From NCBI RefSeq assembly GCF_001194135.2, contig NC_068993.1, positions 16,682,272 through 16,746,271 on the forward strand: a DNA stretch of 64,000 bases. Direction: 5' to 3'. Positions 48,151 to 61,900 of this stretch are shown here, in pieces. Position 1 is the stretch's first letter. The number at the start of each line of letters is the position of its first letter. The notes under the pieces were generated by a model. The model searched no databases, was not told where the DNA came from, and was given only the letters and a program-made list of their open reading frames with translations. The position numbers and the translations under genes were made by a program. Source of the stretch: Octopus bimaculoides (lineage: Eukaryota).

Positions 48151-49954
48151 ACAATTTTGATGTAGTTGTAGTTGTTCATAAGAACGTTAGCCCTGATGAA
48201 AGCAGACCTATGATCAAACATGTTCCAACCATGACCATCCCATCCATTTATATATCTAGGAGTACATTGTCGAATGTGTCTATCCATTATATTTTTCTTC
48301 TCTAAATGGTAGGATGTGCTTGAGGGAAATCTATTTGCCATTTCTAGCAGGTTGAGTGATTACATAGAGGCTCTGTCATTTCCCATATTATTGTAAGTTG
48401 GTTAACTTTTCATTTTTATCACTGAAGTAGGAGTGGTTGAAAGAGTGGATTCTGTTCAGTGAACCATATCCACCTACCTATTGCACAGCTAAGTAAACCA
48501 TGGCAGGAAAAAATTAAGTTTGATATCTTATTTACTTTGCTGTTTGGTAGATCAATAGATCATAAGAGGCAGTTGGTGCTAGTAAGAACACTCTACTATT
48601 TACCCATATCATATTGTACCCATATAACTGTTCAAGTGTATGTATTAACTTTTCTTACCTAATCAGCAATAAGTATAAACCACAAAGGAGTCATTATGTG
48701 GTCCCATGACCTGCTAGAAATAGACGCCAAATTTCCCTCATGTATTGTCTTGAATATTGTAGTCATAGATGCACTATGTCTAACCAAGAATAAAATATGA
48801 GATGGTCAAAGATGGAAAGGGGGTAAACAACAACATCACAAAGGAATAGGAATATAAGTTGAAGTAAAATTAGTGGAAAAAGGAAAAAAATTCAATATCT
48901 AAAAATGGTTTTAAATTCTTATTAGCATTATATTCAATGTGAAGCCTCTATAACAGGTCTGTAGTTTGTTTCCTTTTGCAGAATATGGTTTATCAATAAA
49001 AACATTCACTAGAAAGCTTATTATGAAAACAAAGATAGATAAACAAACAAACATAACAGTTTTCAACCATTGGAGAATGTTCTGCTAGTCTGTAAGAAAC
49101 CTCAATGACCTTTGGTCAGTATAACTTACACCCAGGAGAAGCAGTTTGATTGATGGCTTACTACTGATACCACTTAAAACATTTACCAATAACTACTGTA
49201 ATACAAAGCCCTAAAACTAAAGTCCTAGGGATTTGATTAATTCTTGTGATACCTTAGTTAGGAATGATACACATGAGATTAATATCTATAATTGTGATAA
49301 AAGATTAGCATCAAACATCAAAAAGTTGCTAATATATGATATCGGAGAAGCGATATGATCTATTTTTCACTTTTCTATTTGCTTGTGCACTTGAGATTTA
49401 AGTATCAGCCAATGTCTAAACTATTACTAAAACACATACTACAACTATCAACTTACAACTTTTCTGTTGTGGGTCGGAAAAGATATAGGAGGAGGAAGTG
49501 GTGTGTATGCATGCATCTGCTGCTTGAGAATTGAATTTATTTTCTGCAGGGCATTTACAATACACAATGTACATAATTTAAAAATTTAAATTACTCTCCC
49601 AGTTGTGTAGATTCTGTTGCTAAGTGGATCAGAGTACTGTTGATATTGAGAGGATGTTGAATTTGCCAGTTGGTTAAGCATCAGATTCCGATAGCAAAGG
49701 AAACAAGTTTAATTAGATTCTTTCTACCTAGAATTTAATCTTATTTTACTTTCTAATTTATAGAGCCAATTCCATAAAAGGTATTGAGATTTAGGCTTCA
49801 GCGTCTCTTGTAATTAAAGCAAGTTTCCTTCACATCATTCAAAAGAGATATATCGAACACGTTGAAGCATATTCTCATAGTGTGTATGCATGCGCCTCTA
49901 TACACACACACACAAAGGCACAGGTGTAGCTATATATATGTATATATATAGGTA

Positions 49955-50330
49955 CAAATGTGGCTGTGTGGTTAAGACACTTGCTTCCCAACCACACAGT
50001 TCTGGGTTCAATCTCACTGCATAGCACATTGGGCAGGTGTCTTCTGCTAAAAAGCCCCAAACTGACTAAAGTTCTACCAGTGGATTTGGTAGATAGAAAC
50101 TGAAAGAAGCCTGTCATAAGTGTGTGTGTGTGTGTGTGTTACTGCCTCTTTGCCTTGGCGCCACATGATAGTTGTAAATAAACATCATTGTCATGTAAAC
50201 GGGTATCCTTTGTTCCTTATCTTCAATGAAACATGCCTGGCTATGGGGAAATATTACCTTACTTAAAAACAGGAGCAAGTCGGTGACAGGAAGAGCATAT
50301 GGTCATAAACAATACACCTCAACAAAAATT
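49955..50330 (+). mobile_element. SINE family A head with a variant 3' body
   Basis: 'tggctgtgtggttaagacacttgcttcccaaccac...ggttcaatctcac', then (TG)n and a body resembling 34620-34800. Confidence 0.7.
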
Positions 50331-51479
50331 CCATGTCAGTATGGAAAAGTGGACATTAAAACGATGATGATGATGATTGTGTGTGTGTGTGGACATACAC
50401 ACACTTTTATTTTTTTGTTTGAGTCAATGGCCTGCAGCCATGCTGGGGCACTGCTTTGAATAGTTTTAGCTGATTTCCTATTAGCCCTAGTACTTATTTT
50501 CAAGTCTTGTTCTTATTTTATCGATAACTATTTGTCAAACTGCTAGGTCACAGAACATAAGCAAAGAGCACCTCTTTTTAAACAGTATCAACATAAAGAC
50601 AGAACACAGAAACACACACATATTCACACTCAGGATTTCTACACTGTGTAACAATTTCAAATTGCTATGTCTTCAATGCGGGTATGGCTGGATGGGTAAG
50701 AAGTTTGCTTCAGAACCACAAAGTCCTGGGTTCAACTCACTGTGCAGCATTGTGGGCAAATGTCTTTCAAAGTAGCCTTGTGTCAGCAAGTATGGAAAAC
50801 CATGTAGTAACCTATTGAATGGACTGTACCTGCATTCCAAATGTTCAGCCTTGTAACATGTGGTTATATAGAAATAGATATAGATATAAATATGCATGTA
50901 TGTGTGTGTTTCTGCATTTTCTATTTATAATATTCCTCCCTGATCCATTGATCTCAATCATCCGAAGATCATAAATGAGAAATTCGGGAGTAATGATTTG
51001 TGAAGTTTCCAGATTCCAATAAATACAGTAAATAAACTCCACCTTCAGTATTCAATAGACTCTTTTCTCCTTCTTCTTCACACTCTAGTGTTCATATATG
51101 CATACGCACAAGGATATTATGTATAAAATTCGTTAGAAAATTATGGTTTTCTTATTTTATTACTACTTTTCTATTCTGAGAAAAGAGGAATTAGAATGAC
51201 TATAACCAAGATGAGAGGAGCGTACTGAGATGTGGAGAGCTTACATAGATAAACAAACTAAAAGACACCGACCTTTGACACCTCCAATATTGCAATGGAA
51301 GTTTGCCAATAAAAGAACAAAATTGAAAGATGCCGTTACACTGATCAGTTTCAATTTCAATCCTTCGCAAAGCAATGATGGAAAAATCCCGACTGCTAAA
51401 TTTAATCATAATCTTCATTATGTATGATAGGGTGGTGTGTTTTGTCTTGGTTTTGTTTTCAGTGAAATCTTGCTCATAC

Positions 51480-52170
51480 AGCAAAGCATTAATATTAACA
51501 GTACCACCACCACCACCACCATTACCACCACCACCACTATTACCATAATTTTTGCTATCATCATTATCATCACTGCTTTTGTTATCATCAATATATCTGT
51601 CATTGTTGCCACCATCATCATCATATCACCACCATCGTNNNNNNNNNNNNNNNNNNNNNNNNNNNNNNNNNNNNNNNNNNNNNNNNNNNNNNNNNNNNNN
51701 NNNNNNNNNNNNNNNNNNNNNNNNNNNNNNNNNNNNNNNNNNNNNNNNNNNNNNNNNNNNNNNNNNNNNCATTGTCACCATCGTCATCACCATCATCATT
51801 GCCACCATCACTACCATTACCAATAGTATTACCACCAGCATCATCATCATCATCATCATCATTGCTACCATCATAACATCACCAACTTTGTCATCAATAT
51901 AACCTTTGTCAGTGTCATCATTCTCATCATCATCATCATCGCCACCCCCACCACCATTACCATCATCATTGTCACCACCAGTAGCAGCAGCACCACCATC
52001 ATCAGCGTTACTACCATCATAATCAACATCACCACCTTTACCGTCATCAATATAACCTGTGTCAGTGTCACCACCGCCATCATCATCATCAACACCACCC
52101 ACCTCATCATCGTTGCAACCATCACTAACGCCACCACCATCACAACTATCATCATCACTTCTTTTGATTA
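51480..52170. repeat. CAT/CAC/ACC low-complexity tract with a higher-order repeat of about 150 bp
   Basis: 'gtcatcaatataacct(t/g)tgtcagtgtca' recurs near 51890 and 52043. Confidence 0.85.
51639..51769. other. Assembly gap (N run)
   Basis: 131 N. Confidence 1.
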
Positions 52171-52584
52171 GTCTTAAGTGAAATTTGCTATGAGCAGTAG
52201 CTAGTACAAAAACCCCTACCTTTCCTTTTTACTCAATCAGTCCCTCTCATCTGGTGACCACGACCTGCTGTTGCCTCTCTTTGATTCTGTCCAAAGGCCA
52301 ACGAAGTTAATTGTTGTTTTGCATCTCTTGTGTAAATGCCATGAGTGCTGACTACAACCACATTCTCTATGTAATGGAATATTTATAAGAAAATGTCTAT
52401 GCCTAATTCAAAGAGTATATGTTAGATATACTCAGTCTGATTGATTCAATGAGAGCATCTACATGACCATTCCTCTTACAAGAAATAGTAGCTAAGTCTC
52501 CTTAAATTATGCATGATTTGTGTAAAGAAAAACAAAATGGGGAAATGGCATCTTAGATTATTTAGTTCTTGATATAGAAATATA

Positions 52585-52751
52585 GGTGCAGGCGTGGGTT
52601 TGTAGTAAGAAGCTTGCTTCCCAACCACATGGTTCCAGATTCAGTACCACTGTGTGACACATTGACTAGGTGTCTTCTACTATAGCCCTGGACCAACCAA
52701 AGCCTTGTGAGTCGATTTGGTGAACAGAAACATGAAAGAAGTGTGTCATGT

Positions 52752-52805
<54 letters not shown>

Positions 52806-53225
52806 ATGGATCAAAACAGTCTGATTCAAATTTGTTGGTACTCTTGAGTTTGAAGCATGATGGCTAGTTGTCAGCCAATTTGAATTTGAATAGCTGATGA
52901 TTAGCATCACACTTGAAACTCATATTACCAATGAATTTGAATCAAACTGTTTTGATCCATACATGTAACTCCCAATAAATTTGAGTGCTCTTCTTTTGTT
53001 TGTCCACTCACTCATATATGTGTGTGTGTCTGTGTTTGTCTCCCATCACTGTTTATCTACTGGTGTTGGTGTGTTTACATCCCCATAACTTGGCAGTTCA
53101 GCAACAGGGAATGATAGAATGAATGCTAGACTTTAAAAAATAAGTCCTGGAGTCAATTTATTTGACTAAAATGCTTCAAGGTGGTGCCCCAGCATGGCCA
53201 CAATCAAATGACTGAAACAAACAAA
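52585..53225 (+). mobile_element. SINE family A, full length, with a foldback insertion in its TA tract
   Basis: Head at 52585-52740, (TA)n, insertion, then the 3' body and tail. Confidence 0.85.
52803..52963. mobile_element. Foldback/MITE with 30-bp TIRs, probably TA-targeting
   Basis: TGGATGGATCAAAACAGTCTGATTCAAATT versus the reverse complement of 52934-52963 matches 28/30. Confidence 0.75.
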
Positions 53226-55385
53226 ATATATAGAAAAAACTGGATTTTCACAGTTAGCATGCCTTCAGTTATAGGTCACAACTGTTAGAGATGATCAGGA
53301 GTTTCAACAGTAACATGAATATGAAACAACAGAGATTATGAGAGCATCCTACATGGTAGCTTGACATGGTAGAAATAGCAATTAGGGTTAGGGTTAGGTT
53401 AAGTTATATTTGTGAAATATAGTTGCTTTGAATTTGAAAATGAAAGTGGCTTATATTTGTAGTGGGGGAGAGGGCTGCTGTGGCCTGGGTGCCGAGTGGG
53501 TGGCAGCCTGAAAAAGTTTATCGACCACTGGTTTAACTCTGCTTGTGAAAAAAAAATTACTCTTGTTTAGGAAAAGGTTGTTCAGTATTAAAAAATACTA
53601 AAAGTATTGTTTAGTATCACAGTTCTGCTAAAAAAAACTCTTAGTGAAGTTATAGAAATCAATTATACATGAAATTATATCAAGGTCATTTGTACATCTA
53701 GAAAGTGGAAATTTTTAGAGGAATCAGAATGAAGCTTTTTAGAATAGTAGAATGGTACAGACACATTTATTGTGTCTTTACATTTGGCGTTTGATTTCAT
53801 ATTCCTTTGTGTATTTTGCCACACCATTAAAGTGTTAGGGTGGAAAATTTGGCAGCATCATTTGAGAGCATCAGACGATGAAGCATAGCATTTATTCTGG
53901 TTCCTAGAGTTCTGAGATTAAAAAAAAAAAAAAAAACCCCACCAAGGTCATCTTTGCTTTTCATCTCTTTTGGGGTCAATAAAATAAAATACCGGTCGAT
54001 ACTGGCACTACCCTTTCTCCTAACTTAGTGATAAAGAACAAAAGTCTACCGATATAGATTGAAAACAATCTTCAAAGATGTCTTCATTCAGTGTGAGAAC
54101 ATAGCCTGATGGTTTTAGTGTGTTTAACTATAATTATAACATCGTTTAGCAGCTTTTAATTGTTGATCAGAAAAATTACTGCCAACTATTTGTCACACAC
54201 ACACACACACACCTAAAAGTACAATCATGTCCTCTTGAGGCAACAAAGGAGTGTTTATGTCGTCACTCATCCTGCTAGAAATAGCAGCCAAATCTCCTGC
54301 AAATCATATTCTATCAGGTTAAAACAATAATTTAGGTAGTATAGTCCTGGGTTCCTTTCGCATTGGAAAAAAAAATGGGATGGCTATGGTTGGAATGCTT
54401 TTGATCACAGGTCTACTTGATCAGGTTTAACCTGGAGCTGAACAACACCATCATATCCTCAAAGTTTACATCACACCACACCCACACATGTAGGTGTGTG
54501 AGAGCTTTGTTCATCTGAGCACATATGTACACTCACAAATACATTATTTCCCAAGCAAATACACTTCTCCTTTCTTTTTCTCTCTAGCTCTGCCAGTCTC
54601 TCTCTCTTTCTCTTTCCTTTCTCTCTCTCTCCCTTTTCTTTCTCTCTCTTGATAGATCTCACTTTAACATGAATAAAGAGTATGTTAAAAAAAAAAACCA
54701 AACTGTATTTAACATTCAAATTAGTCATCATTTACATTTCTTTTGGCAAATATTGAATAAAGATGAAGTCAGCTGTATCTTTCCTAGGTTGTTTCGTAAC
54801 TATGACTGTCTTAGAAACCTCATTGTCATAGTAACAAGCTCTTTTATTGTGTGTCTTCATTGTCTTATTCCATTGTTTAACCCTTTTGATACCAACCCAA
54901 TTGAGTGTCAATTAGTCTACCAATATGAATTGAAAACTATCTTCAAAGCTGTCTTCTGTTTGATTTGAAAACCTAGCATGATAGCTCTCTGATGTAAAAC
55001 AGCCTTTTTGAAAGCATCCACTTGTTCCAAAAACCAGCTTAATTTATTAATTAATTAGCTAATTACAGAGCCTCTACATAGTCTCATTTGATCTGTTAGG
55101 AAAATTTATACCCTTTCATCTTAAAAATGAGGGACACACTGGTCAATGTAGTCCCTGTTATAGGGTGGTCATGTCTGGAATACCTTTGATCTTTGGTCTT
55201 GTCTGACCTCTGGCTGAACAACAACAGCATCTAATTTGGTACTTTACTAGCCTCTCCAAATTCTAGATCATTTTCAAGATCTTTTTCTGTGTGATCCTGT
55301 AATTGTTTGTAATACAGAGTTTGTGTCTGTTAGGTATGTGGAAAGAAAAACACATCTTTGATACGTCAGGAAAGATATTCTAGAG

Positions 55386-55654
55386 TAGTGCTTCTCAAAC
55401 TATCTGATGTGACATACTGACAGTTTTTTTTGTTTTTTTTCAATGTGCCAGGGACCGGTAATATTTCTTAGTAATATTAATTTATACTGAAAACAATATA
55501 TATAAAGAATATAATAAAAGTTGACAATTTTTTTTTATACAATAAGTACATAAGCATTTTATGTTTCTTTCTTTTCTGGAAACTTGCCATGTACCAGCAG
55601 CTGATGGCTCACAGACTGGCATTTGTCCGTAGACCACTACTTTGAGTAGCACTG
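55386..55654. mobile_element. hAT (Charlie-like) MITE
   Basis: TIRs TAGTGCTTCTCAAACT / ACTTTGAGTAGCACTG match 13/16. TSD TTCTAGAG / TTCTCTAG matches 6/8. Confidence 0.75.
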
Positions 55655-55859
55655 TTCTCTAGTATTGTGGCATAGATAATTAGTGAAAGAAAAGCAGTTC
55701 CACAAAGTGAGCTTAAACATGTGTGGTATATAACCAACTGGTTAGTTGAAAGAAGAGAGAAGTTTCAAATTTTAAACCTTTCTATGGATAACACTGATTG
55801 TTGTTGTTGCTTCATCTTCTTAAACCTCACCTCCATTATCATCATTGTCATCATTGCCA

Positions 55860-56660
55860 CCATCACTATCAGTACTGGTTTCAAATTTGGAACTCAGGAT
55901 ATACAGATGGTTGAAGTTTCACTAAGCATTTTTCCCTGCATGCTAATGATTCTGTCAGTTCTACAAGCTCACCACCATCAATATTGGTTTCATATTTTGG
56001 CACTAGGCTAGCAATTGTGAGGAAGGGGGAAAGTCAATTACTTCAACCCTAGTATTCAACTGGTACTTATTTTCTCAATCCTGAAAGGATGAAATGTTAA
56101 GTTGACCTTGGTGGAGTTTGAACTCTAGCTATAAAGATGGTTGAAATGCCACTAAGCACATTAATGGTTCTGCCAGTTTTGCAGGCTCATCACCTTACCA
56201 CCACCATCAATATTGGTTTCACATTTTGACACAAAAACCAGTAATGTTATGGGTGGGGCTAAGTCGATTACATCAACCCAGTATTCAACTGGTACATACT
56301 TTATCGACCCTGAAGGATGAAAGGCAAAGTTGACCATGGCAGAATTTACCTCAGGACATGAAGATGGTTGAAATGCCACCGAATATTTTGTCCAGCATGC
56401 TAATGGTTCTGCCAGTTCTCCGCCTAACCACTACCACCATCAATATTGGTTTCAAATTTTGGCACAAGGCCAGCAATTGTGGGGGAGGGTGCAAGTCAAT
56501 TACAATGACCCAAGTGCTTACCTGGTTCTTATTTTATCAACCCCAACAGGATGAAAGGCAAAGTCAACCTTGATGGAATTTGAACTCGGGATGTAAAGAC
56601 AGTCAAAATGCCACTTAGCATTTTCCCCAGGGTGCAAATGGTTCTGCCAGCTCACCACCT
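55860..56660 (-). repeat. Head-to-tail tandem array of SINE family B (3 units plus a partial)
   Basis: Identical 21-mer ACCACCATCAATATTGGTTTC at 55971, 56200 and 56433 (spacing 229 and 233 bp). Confidence 0.9.
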
Positions 56661-57320
56661 TTCCACAAACCATCACTATTAAAGCATCATTGTTGTTGTC
56701 ATCATCATTTTCACATTGTATTTTCCATAATTTCATGAATGCAACCAGTCTTTAGTATCAAAGTTTTTGAGGAGATATCGTAGAATAGTAACTATTCAAG
56801 TGTCGACAGTATAAATATGATCTCAAGTTCTATGTTTGAGCGGAAAGATTGCTTATGTTTTCATCTGTATTTTCTAATTTCTTAAAAGCTATACCATGTT
56901 TACATGTAAATGTACATATGTAGGCAAATAAACATGTAAACATCTATGTAATTATATATGTAAACATGTAATTATATATCTTAACCTATAAAAACATATG
57001 TAAACATGTATGTATATACATGCATTATACATCTTAACACATAAACATATAAGCATGTATTTTGTAATTAACCCTACTACATCAGCCAACCTGTCAGTTT
57101 AATTTTAAACACATTTTTTTTTACTCATCATAAACTATGTCATTTCACGTAGTTCTTCCAAAATATTCTAGTTAACATTTTCAATTGAGATGAATTGGAA
57201 ACCTAAATTCTGTGACTCTTTCTGACCTTCTCGGAAAGAGACCTACCATAATACATTGTTTCATTTTCGTTATTGTAATAAGCTAAGGTCATAAAAAGGA
57301 GGTTAATTGATGATTTCCCA

Positions 57321-57380
<60 letters not shown>

Positions 57381-58018
57381 TGCCATACATACACATACAT
57401 ATTCATTTATCTAATAATAGTTCTGGTGAGAATTAATATTAGGTCTCTTCATTTTCTTTCATTTCCTTCTGCTAAGGGGGAAGTCATTAATCAGAAGAAC
57501 TGGTTAGACTTAATTTTAGGGTTCCCAACACACACTCTCTTTCACACACACACCTTCCCTCTCATACACTCCCGCCCTATGATACACAAATGTGAAAGAA
57601 CTCACTATTGGCTTCAGCAAAGAGTATTCACATTGTTCCTTCAACTAGATTGCTTACTTATCAAAATGGCACTTCTTTAATCCTCGAATTGTCTGGAAGC
57701 ACGACACAGTGTGTGAAAAGGGTAGCTAGCTCTTGAATTACAGTTACATTCTACCCTACAAGCTTCTATACACTCTCCACCTAAACAATTTTAGTCACAG
57801 AGCTTGGGTCGATGACCCAAATCTAAAGAGTTTCCCAATGTGCCACTTAGTGAGATTGAAACCAGGGCTTCATGATTGCCGAGTAAATTTCTTTAACTAT
57901 TAAGCTACCCCAGCACCTAGACACATACACAGGTCCATATTTATTGAGTAAACTAACAATATAACACAGCATTAGTGTCTTACCTGATATGGTTTTTAGT
58001 GAAGGGTTTACTGAAAAA

Positions 58019-58312
58019 AAAGGACCCCCTCCAGTCATGAATAACCATGGGATTGCACCTAGAAAGTTACCCTCCGAGGCACAACTCCAAGCAAGATTGT
58101 TTATGGAAGACCAGCAGTTACCCATGCATACCACCCTCTTCTCTCCATGCCACTGATGTTATTCAGGAGAAAGGTAAAGACCAATACAACTTGGTACCAG
58201 TGACGTTGCATTTCTACAGCTGAGTGAACTGGAGCAACATGGAATAAAGTGTCTTGTTCAAGAACACAGCGCGCAGCCTGGTCCAGGAGTTGAACTCACT
58301 ACCTTATGATTG
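58019..58312 (-). mobile_element. SINE family C
   Basis: Closely similar to 28195-28522. Confidence 0.85.
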
Positions 58313-61300
58313 GGAGGAGGAGGAGGAGGAGTGCATCAAACTCAGTACTTGATTGGTTCTTATTTTATTGACTCTGAAAGTTGATCTCAGCAACATAAAG
58401 TCAGAAGAAATACTTCTTATTTTGTTTGCTGTGGTAACAATTATGTCAGCTTGCCACCTTTATGATAATGAATTTCTGTTTTTTTTTATTTTGCCACTGT
58501 GGTCTCAGATAAAGGAAATATTGCAAGGACATGCTGAATATAGTATCAAAGCTTACATAAAGAGGATGAGAAGGAAACAGGATGAAGTAAAAAGTATAAA
58601 TAATATACAAATATATAAATGTATAAACAGACATGTGCATTTTTTGCAATGATTTTCTGTGGTTATTTGATTTACAGAATTATAAATGCATAAATACAGG
58701 GATAATTCAGTCTTCTCGATATAGGAAGACCTCAAACTAAGGTTAATTAGGAAACCATATGGATGCAAACTCACTCTGACCACCAAGGGCAAGTACCCTC
58801 TCTCATCTGTTGTTCTCTGTACCAACAGGTGCATTCTTAGAGCAGTTCCAATTATTGACCACAGTATTTGACTGGTATTTATTTTAATGATTCTGAAAGT
58901 AACAAAGATAAAGTTGACCTTAGTTGGATTTGAACTCAACATATGGAGCTGAAACAAATACCGTATTTTACCTGACACTCAAACAACTCTTCTAATCTGT
59001 TTTTCTCAATGATATTAATGATGGCTCTCTTATGTTGGTAAAAGGTCAGAGATTTGTAAAAGAGTTAGATTGTCAACTGATGCAAAATAAAATCAACAAT
59101 TGGTTGCAAGAGGAGAGAAATGTAGTAGTTGATCCTGGTGGAATTTGAACTTAAGATATGTTATTTTTCTTCAACATCATCTTTTAAATCCATTTCTTAG
59201 TCCTTGTCTATGGCATGGTTGGCATCTTCATTAAATCTTACATTGTATCTTGCTAAATCTTCATTAATTTGGGAAATGTTTCTCTTTCACAAGGCTCCTT
59301 ATAAGGCTCTGTAGTATTATTTTTGTAATTCAAAATTGTGGCCAATAGTATATTTAGTCTTTTCAAAGCACGTTCAGTCAAAGCACATCCATTGATCATT
59401 TTGAATGTACAATGTTATCAGCTGAGAAAGTCTGCGCTCTTCCAATTAGCATTTCATTATTTGCTGTTCTTGAAAATGAACTTCCAAGTGCAAATCTTAA
59501 AAGACAGTGATGTCCAGTATTTATCTATTCTGCCTGTGTTTCTATTATTGTCCAGTCCTTGCTACAATAGAACAGAATTGTTTCTCTGCAAACTTTGAAA
59601 CGTAGCATTTTAATTCTATCCCTGTCTGAATAATTCCAAATAAACTAAGTGTACATCGCTACCCATACTAATCAACTCAAAGTAATGCAACCAAGCAATA
59701 TCAGGAATTTAATCTTGTGCTGTTTCTGCAACTCTGTCAACTTATTTTTATAGCCAAGAACACATATTTCAAGTAGCTGCTTTGGAACACTAACCATTTA
59801 TGCTACTGATACTTGCCTGCTTTGAAAAAAAAAAATTTCTGAATTAATCCAAAGACCATAAATTTAGGTGAAAGGTATTATTGATCCAGACTTTACAGAT
59901 AATTATCATATCAACCTTAAAAAGACAAAGGAGAAAATATCAATATTGGTAGGATTTGAACTCAGAACATTAAAGGAGGAAAACAAATACTGCAAAGTAT
60001 TTTGTCTGATACTTTACCTATTCTGCCAATCTAAATAAGATTAAATTATTTTGTGAGACGGGAATATCAAGTAGAAATGATAATGCAGAGAAAACAATTC
60101 TTCAATAGAAATTCAAAAGCTTCTCTTCAGGTACCTCTATTCAAACAATTGACCTGCTAGAAACAGCAAGCCAGGTGTAAATTTCCTTCAAATATCATAC
60201 TACCATCTTAAAAATGGATAAATATACTAGCTAAAATATTGTGAATATAATTACCATACTTATTCATGTATAAGCCACATCCCTAATTTAGTGTTAAATC
60301 TTCATATAAAATTTTTTGCTTGCATAGTTTTAGGTTTGACCCGCATATGTCACACCCTCATTTTTACAGTTAAAATCAAGTAGAGTATGAACTATACATG
60401 AATAAATATGGTAATGCACCAGAAAAGAAGCAAGGGTGGTAACAGTTAGAATGCCAATCAATTAGTGAAGCTATTCTACAAAATCACATACCCACACGCA
60501 CACAGCTATGCAATAACATAACAAAGAAGCCTGTACTTGTTTACAAGACATGCTAGAAGTAGCAGCCAAGTCTCCACCAAATTACATCATTTGATCTTTG
60601 TGTCTCAGAGATATAATTAAAATAACAGTGGTCAAGGCTATAATGCTTTGGTCATAGGTCTGCTTGATCACAAATGACCTCGTGCTAAACAACAAACAAA
60701 CATACATATACAAGGGAGCTTCATAGTTGCTTGACAAGCTAGAGAAAGCAGCCATATCTACCTCAAAATGCATCCTACCGTCATAAATAAGGAAACGACA
60801 CATTGGATACTATACCCAGACATACCCTGAAAATGATGGGGAAACTGCAATCAGAAATCCTTCCATTAATCATAGATTTGCTCAATCAAGAATGATTTGG
60901 CACTAAACAACAATAAGAAATATATACATGAAAATACACATATACACACAATATATCAACACATGTACTAAGAGTTAGTTATTTCTGCATATTTATGACA
61001 ACATACAGTATTAAAATTATCCAATAATTAACGTTTTCTAGATTTTTTTTCTCTCATTATCTTCGTTATTATTTCCCTATGTTTCCAACTAATATTATCT
61101 TCAATAATTTTCTGATAAAATTTATTATTCATAGGTTTTTTTTTTCTCCTACTATTTTATTATTTTCATTGTTTAAAAATAAGGTTTGTTTGTTGTTTTT
61201 ACAGTGTCTATTTTAAGAAATTTAATGATTAAAATTTGTTTTGTTTATTGACAACTATGGTTATTAAGTTTATGAAGATTTTAATATTTCTAATGTATAA

Positions 61301-61783
61301 AAGTACTGGTCACATTGAACTTAGATCTAAATTGGTTTGAATTAACTACTGTTAATTTGATTTGGGCAACCTTTTTGATCTTTGTTTTAGTGTTAAACTA
61401 CAGTTATATGTTGAGAAAGAAAGGAAGAAAAACAAACATTATCCTCTTCCATCTCCTTTCACCATCATCATCATCATCATCATCACCACTGAAGACAAAT
61501 AGTAATGATATCAAAAGAAGAGCAAAAGAAATGTTTGAAAAAGGAAATATGAATGATGATGCGAGATCTAATCAATTCCAGAAAATATAGAATTTGGATT
61601 GGATCCCACTGGCAGACAAATTTAAAGAAAATTTTGAAATTTATGTCTGCTGGAAATAGCAAACCAATTCTCCTTCAAATCACACAGTACCATCTTTAAA
61701 AAGAGAAAAAAGACACTGGTGTTTAATAATAGAGTCTGGAATAAACACTGCCTGAAAGTTGTTAATGACAAGACCTAGGGTGG

Positions 61784-61900
61784 AGTTTGGGAGGTGGTAG
61801 GAGATCTTTTAGGGTACGAGCAAAGGCCCAAGTCCAGGGGGTGCAATTGCACGCCCTAAAATTTTGTTGGGGTGCAAAATTCAGAAATTACACCCTCTAC
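61784..61900. mobile_element. GC-rich MITE-like fragment with a palindromic GGGTGCAATTGCACGCCC motif
   Basis: Near-palindrome around 61838-61856 and a second GGGGTGCAA. The matching terminus was not found. Confidence 0.35.

Noticed and set aside
48190-48215. CTGATGA suggesting another hammerhead
   Set aside because: It is a variant of 'gccctgatcgagcagacc' in the abundant unclassified repeat, with no stem II or GAAA.
51626-52160. Asp/Gly-rich minus ORF with repeated DTD(T/K)GYIDD, recalling acidic biomineralisation proteins
   Set aside because: Antisense CAT/CAC repeats are stop-free by composition, the ORF crosses an N gap, and there is no signal peptide or splice support.
53382-53400. TTAGGG TTAGGG TTAGG telomere-like repeat
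   Set aside because: Under three units, which is too short to call an interstitial telomeric site.
61315-61590. 91-aa plus ORF with a hydrophobic N-terminus and charged C-terminus
   Set aside because: It starts at a non-ATG codon, its poly-Ser comes from a (CAT)n tract, and no domain is recognisable.
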